A stretch of DNA of 64,000 bases from positions 27,235 through 91,234 of the forward strand of contig JACPAY010000002.1 of assembly GCA_016180575.1 (NCBI GenBank), in the 5' to 3' direction. This DNA is from Candidatus Omnitrophota bacterium. GTDB taxonomy: Bacteria; Omnitrophota; Gorgyraeia; Aquiviventales; Aquiviventaceae. The notes under the pieces are model-generated. The model was given only the letters and a program-made list of their open reading frames with translations. It had not been told where the DNA came from and did no database searches. Each line of letters starts with the position of its first letter. Positions within the stretch are counted from its first letter, which is position 1. A program made the translations under genes and the position numbers. Of this stretch, positions 8,033 through 17,389 are shown piece by piece.

Positions 8033-9141
8033 GGGTCCTCGTCACCGGCGGCGCCGGGTTCATCGGCTCCCATCTCGTGGACGCCCTCGTGCGCGACGGC
8101 CACGCCGTCCGCGTCCTGGACAGCTTCGACCCGCAGGTGCATGGCGGACGAGCCCCGGACTACCTGAACCCGGCAGCCGAGTACGTGGAGGGCGATGTCC
8201 GGGACCGCGACGCGCTGCGCCGCTCGCTCCGGGATATTGAGGTGGTGTTCCACGAGGCGGCGGTCGTCGGCGTCGGCCAGTCCATGTACGAGATCGAGCG
8301 GTACGTCTCGGTCAACGTCCTGGGCACGGCCACCCTCCTCGACGTCATCGTCAATGACCGCCTTCCGCTGAAGAAGCTCGTGGTGGCGAGCTCGATGAGC
8401 ATCTACGGGGAAGGGCAGTACGCCTGCCCGTCCTGCGGGCCGGTGACGCCGCCGCTCCGCCCCCTCGAGCAGCTCAAGGCGCGCGAGTGGGAGATGCGCT
8501 GCCCGCGCTGCAGCCGTCCGGCGCGCCCCCAGCCGACCGCGGAGGCCAAGACGCTTTCCCCCACGTCGGTCTACGCGGTGTCCAAGCGGGACCAGGAGGA
8601 GCTGTGCCTGTGCGTGGGCCGCAGCTACGGCATCCCGACGACGGCGCTGCGCTACTTCAACGTCTACGGGCCCCGCCAGGCGCTGTCGAACCCCTATACC
8701 GGCGTCTGCGCCATCTTCTCGGCGCGGATCAAGAACCGGCACCGCCCCCTCCTGTTCGAGGACGGCGGGCAGACCAGGGATTTCATCGCCGTCCAGGATA
8801 TCGTCCAGGCGAACCTGCTGGTGATGCGGGATGCCCGCGCCGACTTTGAGGTGCTGAACGTGGGCACAGGGCACCCGGTGTCGATCGCCCAGATCGGCCG
8901 GCTGCTCGCCCAGCTCTACGGGGTGCCGGTCGAGCCGGAGCTCACCCGCAAGTACCGCGCCGGCGACATCCGCCATTGTTATGCGGACATTTCCAAGCTG
9001 CAGGCGCTGGACTTTCGCCCGTCCGTCTCGCTGGAGGAGGGGCTGCGCGCGCTGGCGGCGTGGGGCCGTGGGGTGGAGGCGGAGGACCGGGTGGAGAAGG
9101 CGGCGAAGGAGCTGGAATCGCGCGGCCTCACCCGAGGGTGA
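8029..9141 (+). CDS. NAD-dependent epimerase/dehydratase (GalE-like) with an inserted Cys4 zinc ribbon
   Basis: Motifs GGAGFIGSHL and YAVSK...YFNVYGPRQ. An approximately 33-aa insertion CPSCG...CPRCS lies at nt 8424..8525. Confidence 0.85.
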   Translation: MRVLVTGGAGFIGSHLVDALVRDGHAVRVLDSFDPQVHGGRAPDYLNPAAEYVEGDVRDRDALRRSLRDIEVVFHEAAVVGVGQSMYEIERYVSVNVLGTATLLDVIVNDRLPLKKLVVASSMSIYGEGQYACPSCGPVTPPLRPLEQLKAREWEMRCPRCSRPARPQPTAEAKTLSPTSVYAVSKRDQEELCLCVGRSYGIPTTALRYFNVYGPRQALSNPYTGVCAIFSARIKNRHRPLLFEDGGQTRDFIAVQDIVQANLLVMRDARADFEVLNVGTGHPVSIAQIGRLLAQLYGVPVEPELTRKYRAGDIRHCYADISKLQALDFRPSVSLEEGLRALAAWGRGVEAEDRVEKAAKELESRGLTRG

Positions 9142-9147
9142 CCGTCC

Positions 9148-10263
9148 ATGCCAGTCTGCGATCTAGTCTTGATCAGTTGGAATCATCTCGAGCAGACGCG
9201 GCCGTGCCTGGAGACGCTCTTCCGGTCGACCCGGACGCCGTGCCGCCTCTTCATCGTGGACAACGGCAGCACACCTGCGGTGCGCGCGTTCCTCGCCGGG
9301 GTGAAGCCGCAGGGCGAGATCCGGGAGGTCGTGCTGCTGCAGAACGACTCCAATGAGGGGTTCCCCCGCGCCGTGAACCGCGGCATCCGCGCCTCCTCGG
9401 CGCCGTTCGTCTGCCTCCTCAACAACGACCTGCGGTTCGCCGCGGGGTGGCTGGAGGAGATGCTCGAGGTGGCGCGCGCCGGCCCCTCGATCGGCGCGGT
9501 CAACCCGACCAGCAACACGTTCGGCAATGTCCCTCCGGACGGCCTGCCGCTCGACGCCTACGCCGACCGCCTCCGGGCGCGTCACGGCCGGTACACGGAA
9601 GTCGGGATGTGCATCGGGTTCTGCATCCTGACGAAGCGGGAGGTGCTGGATCGGCTGGGGGGGCTCTCCGAGGAGGTCGAGCGGATCTTCTTCGAGGACG
9701 AGGATTTCTCCATCAGGGTCCAGCAGGCCGGGTTTCGGTGCGTCGTGGCGCATGCGGCGTACGTCTTTCACGCGGAGCATCAGACGGTGAAGAAGATGCC
9801 GGAGCGCGAGGCGCTCTTCGTGAGGAACCAGCGGTGGTGCCACGCGAAGTGGGGCCGGTGGGTCCGCATGGCCTGGCCGCGCTTCACGCCGCTCACCCCG
9901 GGCTCGGAGGAGCTGCGCCGGTGGCTGGAGGAGCTGCTGGGCTGGGCCAGGCGCCGGACCCACGTCTACGTCTACTGCCCCCTGCCGCCCCGGATGACGC
10001 GGGACGCGCTGTTCGGCTCCGTCGGCCTCGTCCCGCACGCGGACATCCGGTGGCATCCGGTGGCCGCCGGCTGGGCCCGCTGGGCGGCCGCCGGGCGCAT
10101 CCTGCGGCGGCGGAAGAAGCGGTTCGATATCATCGTGGCGCCGGACGAGCGGTGGCGGCGGGCGCTTGAGCGCCTGGCGTGGGTGCACCGCGCGCAGGTG
10201 GTCCCCGCCGCGCACGCCGAGGAACTGGAGGCGCAATGGGAACGGTCCCGCTCTCGGTTGTGA
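9148..10263 (+). CDS. GT2 glycosyltransferase
   Basis: Motifs LFIVDNGST and LLNNDLRFAAGWLEEM. Length 371 aa. Confidence 0.8.
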   Translation: MPVCDLVLISWNHLEQTRPCLETLFRSTRTPCRLFIVDNGSTPAVRAFLAGVKPQGEIREVVLLQNDSNEGFPRAVNRGIRASSAPFVCLLNNDLRFAAGWLEEMLEVARAGPSIGAVNPTSNTFGNVPPDGLPLDAYADRLRARHGRYTEVGMCIGFCILTKREVLDRLGGLSEEVERIFFEDEDFSIRVQQAGFRCVVAHAAYVFHAEHQTVKKMPEREALFVRNQRWCHAKWGRWVRMAWPRFTPLTPGSEELRRWLEELLGWARRRTHVYVYCPLPPRMTRDALFGSVGLVPHADIRWHPVAAGWARWAAAGRILRRRKKRFDIIVAPDERWRRALERLAWVHRAQVVPAAHAEELEAQWERSRSRL

Positions 10264-11762
10264 TCATCGCCAGGAACGAAGCTGGGCGGCTCCGCGACTG
10301 CATCGAGAGCGCGCGGTGGGCGGGAGAGGTCCTCGTCGTGGACGACCGCAGCACCGACGACACCGCGCGCCTCGCGGAGTCGCTCGGGGCGCGCGTCCTT
10401 GCGCGCGCAATGGACATCGAGGGCCGCCATCGGAACTGGGCCCACGCGCAGGCCCGGCATGACTGGATCCTGAGCCTCGACGCGGATGAGCGGGTGACGC
10501 CGGAGCTGGCCGAGGAGATCCGCGGGCTCTTCGCCGCCGGCCCGCGGTTTGAGCTGTACGCGATCCCGCGCCGGAACTTCATCGGGGGCCGGTGGATCCG
10601 CTACGGGGGCTGGTATCCGAGCGCGCAGATCAAGCTGTTCAAGCGCACGGCGCTGCGCTGGGAGGAGACGACGGTGCACCCCCGGGCGATCTCCGACAAG
10701 CCGGGGGGGACGCTGACGCACGACCTCATCCACCTCTCCTATCGCGACCTGGCGGATTTCCTCGACAAGCTGAACCGCCAGACGACGCTGGAGGCCGAGA
10801 AGTGGCGGCTCGACGGCCGCCGGGTGACGCTGGGCAAGGCGCTGTGGCGCACGGCGGACCGCGCCCTCCGGAGCTATGTCGGGAAGCAGGGCTGGCGCGA
10901 CGGGTTCTGGGGCCTCGTGACGGCGGTCCTGGCCGGCCTGTACCAGTTTGTGGCGTGGGCGAAATACACGGAGCAGCGGCGGGCGCTGGCGGTCGAGGCG
11001 GTCGTGGCGCCGTTCGGGTCGCTGGTCGTCGACCAGGAGCGGTATGATCGCCAGCTGCTCATGTCGCACCTGTGCGCCTATCGGATCGCGGCGCACGTGG
11101 GCCGGCGGAAGCGGATGCTGGAGATCGGCTGCGGGGCGGGCTACGGGGCGTTCTACCTGGCGCATCACGCCCGGGAGGTGACGGCCATCGATGTGCAGCA
11201 GCCGAAGCTCGAGCAGGCCGCGCGGCTCTTCCGCCGCGACAACGTGCGGTTCCTGCCGGCGCAGGGGAGCCGCTTGGCCTTCCCCGACGCGAGCTTCGAG
11301 TGCGTGGGGACCTTCCAGGTCATCGAGCACATCCCGGAGCCGGAGCTTGAGACGTTCGTCCGGGAGATGGCGCGCGTCCTCACCCCCGACGGCGTCCTCG
11401 TCGTCTCGACGCTGAACCTGGACCACAACTGCAAGGACCCGGCGACCTACGTGAAGCCGTCGTTTCACGAAAAGGAGTTCAGGCCGGAGGAGCTCCGGGC
11501 GCTGCTGCAGCGCGCCTTCCCGGCCGTGGAGCTCTTCGGGCTGTACCCGGGCCGGCGCTACCGGATCTACCGGCGGCTCAAGAAATGGGGCCTGGACAAG
11601 TGGGGCCCGGCGCGGTGGAACCCGGTCCGGCGGTTCCTCCAGACGCTCGACACCGACGCGCATGAGCTCCGGCCGCAGCTGGACGCGAGCGCGGTGGACC
11701 TCATCGCGATCTGCCGGAAACAGGCGGCTCCGCTTGACGGGTTGCCGCTGCTGCGCCGGTGA
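10236..11762 (+). CDS. Bifunctional GT2 (WaaE/KdtX-like) fused to a class-I SAM methyltransferase
   Basis: The N-terminus LSVVIIARNEAGRL...VVDDRSTDDT is a GT2 domain. The C-terminus MLEIGCGAGYGAF...VIEHIPEPE is a methyltransferase fold. Start taken at the internal ATG MGTVPLSVV. Confidence 0.7.
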   Translation: MGTVPLSVVIIARNEAGRLRDCIESARWAGEVLVVDDRSTDDTARLAESLGARVLARAMDIEGRHRNWAHAQARHDWILSLDADERVTPELAEEIRGLFAAGPRFELYAIPRRNFIGGRWIRYGGWYPSAQIKLFKRTALRWEETTVHPRAISDKPGGTLTHDLIHLSYRDLADFLDKLNRQTTLEAEKWRLDGRRVTLGKALWRTADRALRSYVGKQGWRDGFWGLVTAVLAGLYQFVAWAKYTEQRRALAVEAVVAPFGSLVVDQERYDRQLLMSHLCAYRIAAHVGRRKRMLEIGCGAGYGAFYLAHHAREVTAIDVQQPKLEQAARLFRRDNVRFLPAQGSRLAFPDASFECVGTFQVIEHIPEPELETFVREMARVLTPDGVLVVSTLNLDHNCKDPATYVKPSFHEKEFRPEELRALLQRAFPAVELFGLYPGRRYRIYRRLKKWGLDKWGPARWNPVRRFLQTLDTDAHELRPQLDASAVDLIAICRKQAAPLDGLPLLRR

Positions 11763-12996
11763 GCAGCCGCCGCTGAGACAACAGGCACCAGGCGAGTGAC
11801 AGCCCGAGGAGGGGGAGGATCATCAGGACTTCGAAGACGTACGTCTCCCCCTTGATGGCCAAGACGCCGAAGAAACGCCACACCTTGGCGTGCGTCAGGG
11901 TGCTGAAGATCGCGAGCGCCGCCGCCCCGAAGAGCAGCGAAGGGCGGCGCAGCGTGGCGCGGGGCGTTGCCGCGAGCAGCGCGAGCGCCACGAAGGCGGG
12001 CCAGAGCAGGGCGCTGTACGTTGCGACCCAGCAGGTGGGGGAGCTGAGCACCATGAGCACGGCCAGCAGCGCGCCATCAAAGACGGCCCGCGCAGGTCCG
12101 GGCGTCGGGCGCGCACGGGGGAGGCACACCGCGGCGAACAGCGCTGCCGCGAGCACGGCGGTGACCGCGGCGACCGCGCCGTCGGAGAGCGCCAGCACGT
12201 TGAAGCCATAGCCGTCCGCGCGCAGCAGCCGCCCCATGAGGGCGAGGAGCGACTGGCTGCCGATTTCAAACGCGCGGTCTGGTCCGCTGGCCGCAAGCGT
12301 CTGCCACCAGGACCCGAGCAGGGTGAGCGGGCCGGCAGGCGCGAGCGCCCAGGCGGCGGCCAGATTGAGGACGAGGAACAGCAGGGCGGCCCGTCCGGCC
12401 GAGGCAAAGCGGCGGCGCACGAGGAGGTACGCGAACACGATGAGCGCCGGCAGCTTGAGCGAGACGGCCAGCGCCAGCGACAGGGCGGCGGGCCAGGGGC
12501 GCCCGCTCGTTTCGCCGAGCAGGAAGGCGAGGACGAGCAGCCCCCAGAGGATGTTGACCTGCCCGTTGAGCAGCTCGGCGGTCAGCGGACGCACGAGGAG
12601 CAGGACGGCGGCTGCCGCAGCGAGCGGATGGACGCGGATGCCATGGCGTCGGCAGAGCCGCGCGGACAGCGCGAGGGTCGCGAGCAGCAGCGCCACGCCG
12701 ACCGCGGTCCAGAGGATGGCGCCGGCGCGCGGCGTGAGCCAGCCGAGCGGCGCCCAGGCGAGCGCCCAGAGGGGCGCGTACTTGAACAGCGCGGTCGCGG
12801 AGAGCGTTGGGTCGTACAGGGCGGCCCCCCCGCCGTCCAGGACGCGCTCCGCCACCGCGCGGTAGACCTCGAAGGTCATGAGGTACGGTTGCGTGAGGGC
12901 AAAGTGGATCGGGAAGCGAATGAGGAACACCGCGCCGAGCAGGGTCAGGCAGGCGCGCTCGAGAATGCGGGGACGTTGCGCGAGCAAATTCCACAT
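11701..12996 (-). CDS. DUF2029 / GT87-like polytopic membrane glycosyltransferase (GT-C type)
   Basis: 431 aa with more than 10 predicted TM helices. Its architecture matches polyprenol-phosphate-dependent mannosyl/arabinosyl transferases. It converges on the upstream gene by about 60 nt. Confidence 0.55.
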   Translation of the reverse strand: MWNLLAQRPRILERACLTLLGAVFLIRFPIHFALTQPYLMTFEVYRAVAERVLDGGGAALYDPTLSATALFKYAPLWALAWAPLGWLTPRAGAILWTAVGVALLLATLALSARLCRRHGIRVHPLAAAAAVLLLVRPLTAELLNGQVNILWGLLVLAFLLGETSGRPWPAALSLALAVSLKLPALIVFAYLLVRRRFASAGRAALLFLVLNLAAAWALAPAGPLTLLGSWWQTLAASGPDRAFEIGSQSLLALMGRLLRADGYGFNVLALSDGAVAAVTAVLAAALFAAVCLPRARPTPGPARAVFDGALLAVLMVLSSPTCWVATYSALLWPAFVALALLAATPRATLRRPSLLFGAAALAIFSTLTHAKVWRFFGVLAIKGETYVFEVLMILPLLGLSLAWCLLSQRRLLTGAAAATRQAEPPVSGRSR

Positions 12997-13035
12997 GGCA
13001 AGCGGCGTTCATTCTAACACACTGGGGGACGCGGC

Positions 13036-15699
13036 ATGAAACCGCCCGTGTTCATCGTCGGATCGGGCGGGTCCGGCACCACCCTCCTTCGGTTGATGCT
13101 GAACGCGCACCCCCACCTCGCGATCCCGCCGGAATCGAACTTCGTCCCGGAGGTGTGGAAGGCGTTCGAGCGCGCGCAGCCCTGCAGCCCGGACACGCGC
13201 CGGGAAATTCTGCGCTTTCTGGAGGGGTTTCCCGGCTACCATGACTTCCAGCTCGACCGCGCCCGCGTCGAGGCCCGGCTGGATGCGCTCTCCCGGCCCA
13301 TGCTGTCGGACGTGCTCGACGCCATCTACCGCGAATACGCCGAGCGGCACGGCAAGTCGCGGTGGGGCGACAAGACGCCCGGCTACGTCGAGCAGCTCAG
13401 GCGGCTCAACGCGCTCTTTCCGAACTGCCTGGTCATCCACCTGATCCGCGACGGCCGGGATGCGGCGCTCTCCATGCTCGCCCGGGGCGTCGGGCCCCGC
13501 ACCCTCTACGAGGCGGCCAGGGAATGGGTGGGGCGCGTCCGGCGGGGGCGTCGCGACGGCGCGCAGGTGCTGGGGAGCGCCCGCTACCTGGAGGTCTATT
13601 ACGAGCGGCTCGTCGCCGAGCCCCGGGAAACGCTGCAGCGCGTCTGCGCGTTCGTCGGCGAGCCTATGGATGAGGTGCTGCTGGCCTTCTACCGCGACGC
13701 GAGCCGGCACATCCCTGAGGCGGAGCGGCAGAAGCACGCGGCGACGACCCGCCCGGTGACGACCGAGCGGGTGGGGCGGTGGGAGCGGGACATGCGCCTG
13801 CTGGACGTACTGATCGTGCAGGCGGTTGCAGGGTCGCTGCTCGCGGAGCACGGCTACGCGCTGAAGCGCTCGCCGCTGGCCGCGCCGGTCAGCGCCGCGG
13901 TCTGGTGCCGCCTGGCGGCCGAGCGGTTGCTGCGAACGCCCAAAAAGCTCTACAATAGCGTCGCCAAACGGCTCACCAAAAAAAGGGGTCAGACCCCTTT
14001 TGCCGAAAAGGGGTCTGACCCCTCTGAGCGCCAGGCGCTGTCGGTGGTCATCATCGCGCGCAACGAGGAGCGGCGGATCGGCCGGTGCCTTTCGAGCGTG
14101 CAGTGGGCGGATGAGATCATCGTCGTGGACGGGATGAGCGAGGACCGGACGGCCGAGATCTGCCGGCAGATGGGGGCGCGGGTCGTGTCGCACCCCTTTG
14201 AGGGGAGCTTTGCAAAGGAGCGAAATCTCGGGATGGAGCACGCCCGGGGTGAGTGGGTGCTGCAGCTTGACGCCGACGACGTGGTCACGCCGGCGTTCCG
14301 GGAGGCGGTGGCGCGGATGCTGAAAACGCCCCAGCCCCACGAGGCGTTCAAGTTCAGGCGGAAGAGTTTCCTGATGGGGCGATTCATGCGCCACGGCGGC
14401 TGGTACCATGAGCTGCCGAACCTCGTGCGGCGGACGGTCCGCTACGAAGGGCTGGTCCATGAGCGTCCGGTGATCCGAGGCACCATCGGCCGGCTGGACG
14501 CCGACGTGGAACACCATCCTTGCGACGACCTGACATCGTTCCTGGACCGGCACAACCGCTACACGACGCTCAGCGCCCAGGAGCTGGCCGGCCGGGGCGA
14601 GCGGCTGACCGAGGCCCAATGGCGCGCGCGCCTCGTCCGGAAGCCGTGGAAGACGTTCTGGAAGACCTGCGTCAAGAAACAGGGGTTCCGGGAGGGGATG
14701 CACGGCCTGGTGTTCTCGCTCTTCTTTGCCGGTGTGGAGCTCATCAAGTGGGCGAAGGTCTGGGAGCGCTCACTGCGCGCCCCCGGCATGCCGCCGGGGG
14801 ACGAGCCGATGGCCGTCCGCGCCGCGCCGCCGGGCGCCGCCCCGTCGAGGGCAGCCCACCGTGAGACGCTGTCGGTCGTCCTCATGACGAAGAACGAGGA
14901 GGCGCGCCTTTCGGCCTGCCTCGACCAGGTCGTCGGATGGGCGGATGAGATCGTCGTCATCGATGACCTGAGCACCGACCGGACCGTGGAGATCGCCCGG
15001 CGCTATACCGACAAGGTCTTCGCCTTCGCCTTGGAGGACAACCACGACCGGCAGTGGAACCGGGGGATCGAGCGCGCCACCGGCGAATGGGTCCTCCACA
15101 TCGATGCGGACGAGGTGGTGACGCCCGCGCTCCGGGAGGCGATTGACCGGCGGCTCGCGGGGGCGGAGGGCTACGGCGCATTTGAGCTGATGCGGAAAAA
15201 CTTCTTTCTGGGCCGCCCGATGCGCGACGGCGGCTGGTACCACCGGCACCTCGTCCTGTTCCGCCGCCGGCTGTCGCGGTGCGTGGGGCAGGGGATCCAC
15301 GTGCGGCTGCAGGTGGACGGCCGCATCGGGTTCCTGGATGCCGAGATCGAGCACTACCCCTTCAGCTCCCTCGCGCAGTTCGTCGAGCGGCAGAACCACT
15401 ACACCGGCGTCGAGGCCCGCGTCCTCTTGGCGGAGCGCGGCGCGCCGAGCCTGCGGGTCCTCCGCTACCAGCTGACGGTGCGGCCGGTGAAGCTGTTCTG
15501 GAAGAGCTACATCAAGCATCGGGGCCGCCGCGAGGGGGTGCACGGGCTCGTGTTCGCGCTCCTCTACGCGTTCGCCCACGTGATGCTGTGGGCCAAGGTC
15601 TGGCAGCTGAGCCTGTCGGAGGCGCCGCCCGCCTCCGCGGCGGCTGCGCAGCCGAACCAGGAGCCTGAGCTGACGCCATGGCACGCCAGTCCGACGTGA
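13036..15699 (+). CDS. Sulfotransferase domain followed by two tandem WaaE/KdtX-like GT2 domains in one stop-free frame (fusion or unseparated genes)
   Basis: The N-terminus VFIVGSGGSGTTLL is a PAPS-binding P-loop sulfotransferase. LSVVIIARNEERRIG starts at about 14040 and LSVVLMTKNEEARLS at about 14870. An AT-rich hairpin element lies in-frame at the first junction. Confidence 0.55.
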   Translation: MKPPVFIVGSGGSGTTLLRLMLNAHPHLAIPPESNFVPEVWKAFERAQPCSPDTRREILRFLEGFPGYHDFQLDRARVEARLDALSRPMLSDVLDAIYREYAERHGKSRWGDKTPGYVEQLRRLNALFPNCLVIHLIRDGRDAALSMLARGVGPRTLYEAAREWVGRVRRGRRDGAQVLGSARYLEVYYERLVAEPRETLQRVCAFVGEPMDEVLLAFYRDASRHIPEAERQKHAATTRPVTTERVGRWERDMRLLDVLIVQAVAGSLLAEHGYALKRSPLAAPVSAAVWCRLAAERLLRTPKKLYNSVAKRLTKKRGQTPFAEKGSDPSERQALSVVIIARNEERRIGRCLSSVQWADEIIVVDGMSEDRTAEICRQMGARVVSHPFEGSFAKERNLGMEHARGEWVLQLDADDVVTPAFREAVARMLKTPQPHEAFKFRRKSFLMGRFMRHGGWYHELPNLVRRTVRYEGLVHERPVIRGTIGRLDADVEHHPCDDLTSFLDRHNRYTTLSAQELAGRGERLTEAQWRARLVRKPWKTFWKTCVKKQGFREGMHGLVFSLFFAGVELIKWAKVWERSLRAPGMPPGDEPMAVRAAPPGAAPSRAAHRETLSVVLMTKNEEARLSACLDQVVGWADEIVVIDDLSTDRTVEIARRYTDKVFAFALEDNHDRQWNRGIERATGEWVLHIDADEVVTPALREAIDRRLAGAEGYGAFELMRKNFFLGRPMRDGGWYHRHLVLFRRRLSRCVGQGIHVRLQVDGRIGFLDAEIEHYPFSSLAQFVERQNHYTGVEARVLLAERGAPSLRVLRYQLTVRPVKLFWKSYIKHRGRREGVHGLVFALLYAFAHVMLWAKVWQLSLSEAPPASAAAAQPNQEPELTPWHASPT
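13978..14026. repeat. Perfect 17-bp-stem hairpin (AAAAGGGGTCAGACCCCTTTT gccg AAAAGGGGTCTGACCCC) embedded in-frame
   Basis: It has family-C-like architecture around a TCAGA/TCTGA core. The local AT-rich, Lys-rich codons are atypical for this genome. TGA occurs in both alternative frames but not in the coding frame. Confidence 0.6.
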
Positions 15700-16070
15700 T
15701 CATCCAGCCGCGGGAGCCGTTCATCGACGCCCGCGGCCGGATCCTGAACCTGATCGATGCGCCGTTTACCAGCGCCGCCGTCGTGACCTCGGTCAAGGGC
15801 GCAGTCCGCGGCAACCACTACCACAAGACCGACTACCATTATTGCTGGCTGCAGCGCGGCGGGCTCATCTACCTGCACCGGCCTGCCGGCGCCGCGACGC
15901 CCCCGGAGCGATGGGTCATCGCGCCGGGGCAGCTCTTCTACACGCCGCCGGGCTATGAGCACGCGATGCGCTTCACGGAGGATTCCGTGATGGTGGTCCT
16001 GGCCCGCAACAACCGCGAGATGGCCAACTACGAGGCGGACACCGTGCGCACCCCGCCCCTCGGTCCATGA
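15678..16070 (+). CDS. FdtA/WxcM-like cupin (NDP-sugar 3,4-ketoisomerase family)
   Basis: 130 aa with the His-rich cupin motif VRGNHYHKTDYHYCW. It overlaps the neighbouring genes by a few nt. Confidence 0.65.
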   Translation: MARQSDVIIQPREPFIDARGRILNLIDAPFTSAAVVTSVKGAVRGNHYHKTDYHYCWLQRGGLIYLHRPAGAATPPERWVIAPGQLFYTPPGYEHAMRFTEDSVMVVLARNNREMANYEADTVRTPPLGP

Positions 16071-17389
16071 GGCAAGAGCCCCCAGCCTCCAGCCTCCAGC
16101 CTCCAGCCCCCGCCGCCGTCAGGCGGCGGACGGACTGCCGGCTGTGCGGGTCCCGCGACTTGCAGCAGGTCATGTCGCTTGGCGCGACGCCGCTCGCCAA
16201 CGCCTTCGTCAGCGCCGCCGACCGAAAGACACCGCAGGCGCGCTTCCCGCTCGACGTGCACCTCTGCGGGGGCTGCGGCCACGTGCAGCTGCTCGACGTG
16301 GTGGACCCGGAGGTCCTCTTCCGGGACTACGTCTATGTCTCCTCGACCTCGCCCGTGTTCGTGGACCATTTCCGCCGCTACGCCGAGGCGATGCTCGCCC
16401 TCACCGGCATGCCGGCGGGTTCGCGGATCGTGGAGATCGGCTCAAATGACGGCGCGCTGCTCGGCTTCTTCCAGGCGGCCGGCATGCGGGTCCTGGGGAT
16501 CGACCCGGCCCGCCGGATCGCCGAGCGAGCCACCGCCGGCGGCATCCCGACGCTGCCCGAGTTCTTCACCCCGGCGCTCGCCAAGCGGCTGCGCACGGAG
16601 GGCGGGGAGGCGGCGCTCGTGGCGGCCAACAACGTCTTCGCGCACGCGGATGACCTGCACGCGATCGCCGAGGGGGTCGCGCAGCTCCTCGCGCCCGACG
16701 GCCTCTTCGTCTTTGAGGTCTCCTACCTCCTCGACGTCGTGGAGAAGACGCTCTTCGACACGATCTACCATGAGCACCTCAGCTACCACACGGTGAAGCC
16801 GCTGGCCAGCTTCTTCGAGCGGCACGGGATGGAGCTCATCGACGCCATCCGCATCGATTCCCATGGCGGATCGCTGCGCGGCATCGCCAAGCGACGCCCG
16901 CCCCGGCGATGGTCAGCGGCGGGCCGGGGCGGCGGCCGCTTCCCCAGGCAGCCGGGCGTGGACCGGCTCATCAGTGAGGAGGCCCGCCTGGGCCTGCACG
17001 GGCCCGAAGCGTTCCGGGCGTTCTTCCGCGACATCCAGAGCCGCAAGGCGGAGCTGACCCAGCTGCTGCGGCGGCTCAAAGGAGAAGGGAAGCGGATCGC
17101 CGGCTTCGGCGCCCCGGCCAAGGCGACGACGCTGATGTTCCACTTCGGCCTCGGGCCAGAGACGCTGGACTACGTGATCGATGACAGCCCCCTCAAGCAG
17201 GGGCTCTACACGCCTGGCCACCACCTGCCGGTCGTGCCCTCCTCCTGCCTCTACGAGGCGTCCCGCCGGCCGGACGAGGTACTCATCCTCGCCTGGAACT
17301 TCGCCGAGCCGATCATGCAGGCGCACCGGAAGTTCCTCGATGCGGGCGGCCATTTCATCGTGCCGCTCCCCCGCGTGGAGGTCCGATGA
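16067..17389 (+). CDS. NDP-hexose C-methyltransferase (TylCIII/NovU-like) with an N-terminal Zn-ribbon
   Basis: CRLCGS...CGGCGHVQL zinc-binding domain, followed by the SAM-binding motif IVEIGSNDG and the C-methyltransferase C-terminal domain. Confidence 0.75.
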   Translation: MRQEPPASSLQPPAPAAVRRRTDCRLCGSRDLQQVMSLGATPLANAFVSAADRKTPQARFPLDVHLCGGCGHVQLLDVVDPEVLFRDYVYVSSTSPVFVDHFRRYAEAMLALTGMPAGSRIVEIGSNDGALLGFFQAAGMRVLGIDPARRIAERATAGGIPTLPEFFTPALAKRLRTEGGEAALVAANNVFAHADDLHAIAEGVAQLLAPDGLFVFEVSYLLDVVEKTLFDTIYHEHLSYHTVKPLASFFERHGMELIDAIRIDSHGGSLRGIAKRRPPRRWSAAGRGGGRFPRQPGVDRLISEEARLGLHGPEAFRAFFRDIQSRKAELTQLLRRLKGEGKRIAGFGAPAKATTLMFHFGLGPETLDYVIDDSPLKQGLYTPGHHLPVVPSSCLYEASRRPDEVLILAWNFAEPIMQAHRKFLDAGGHFIVPLPRVEVR

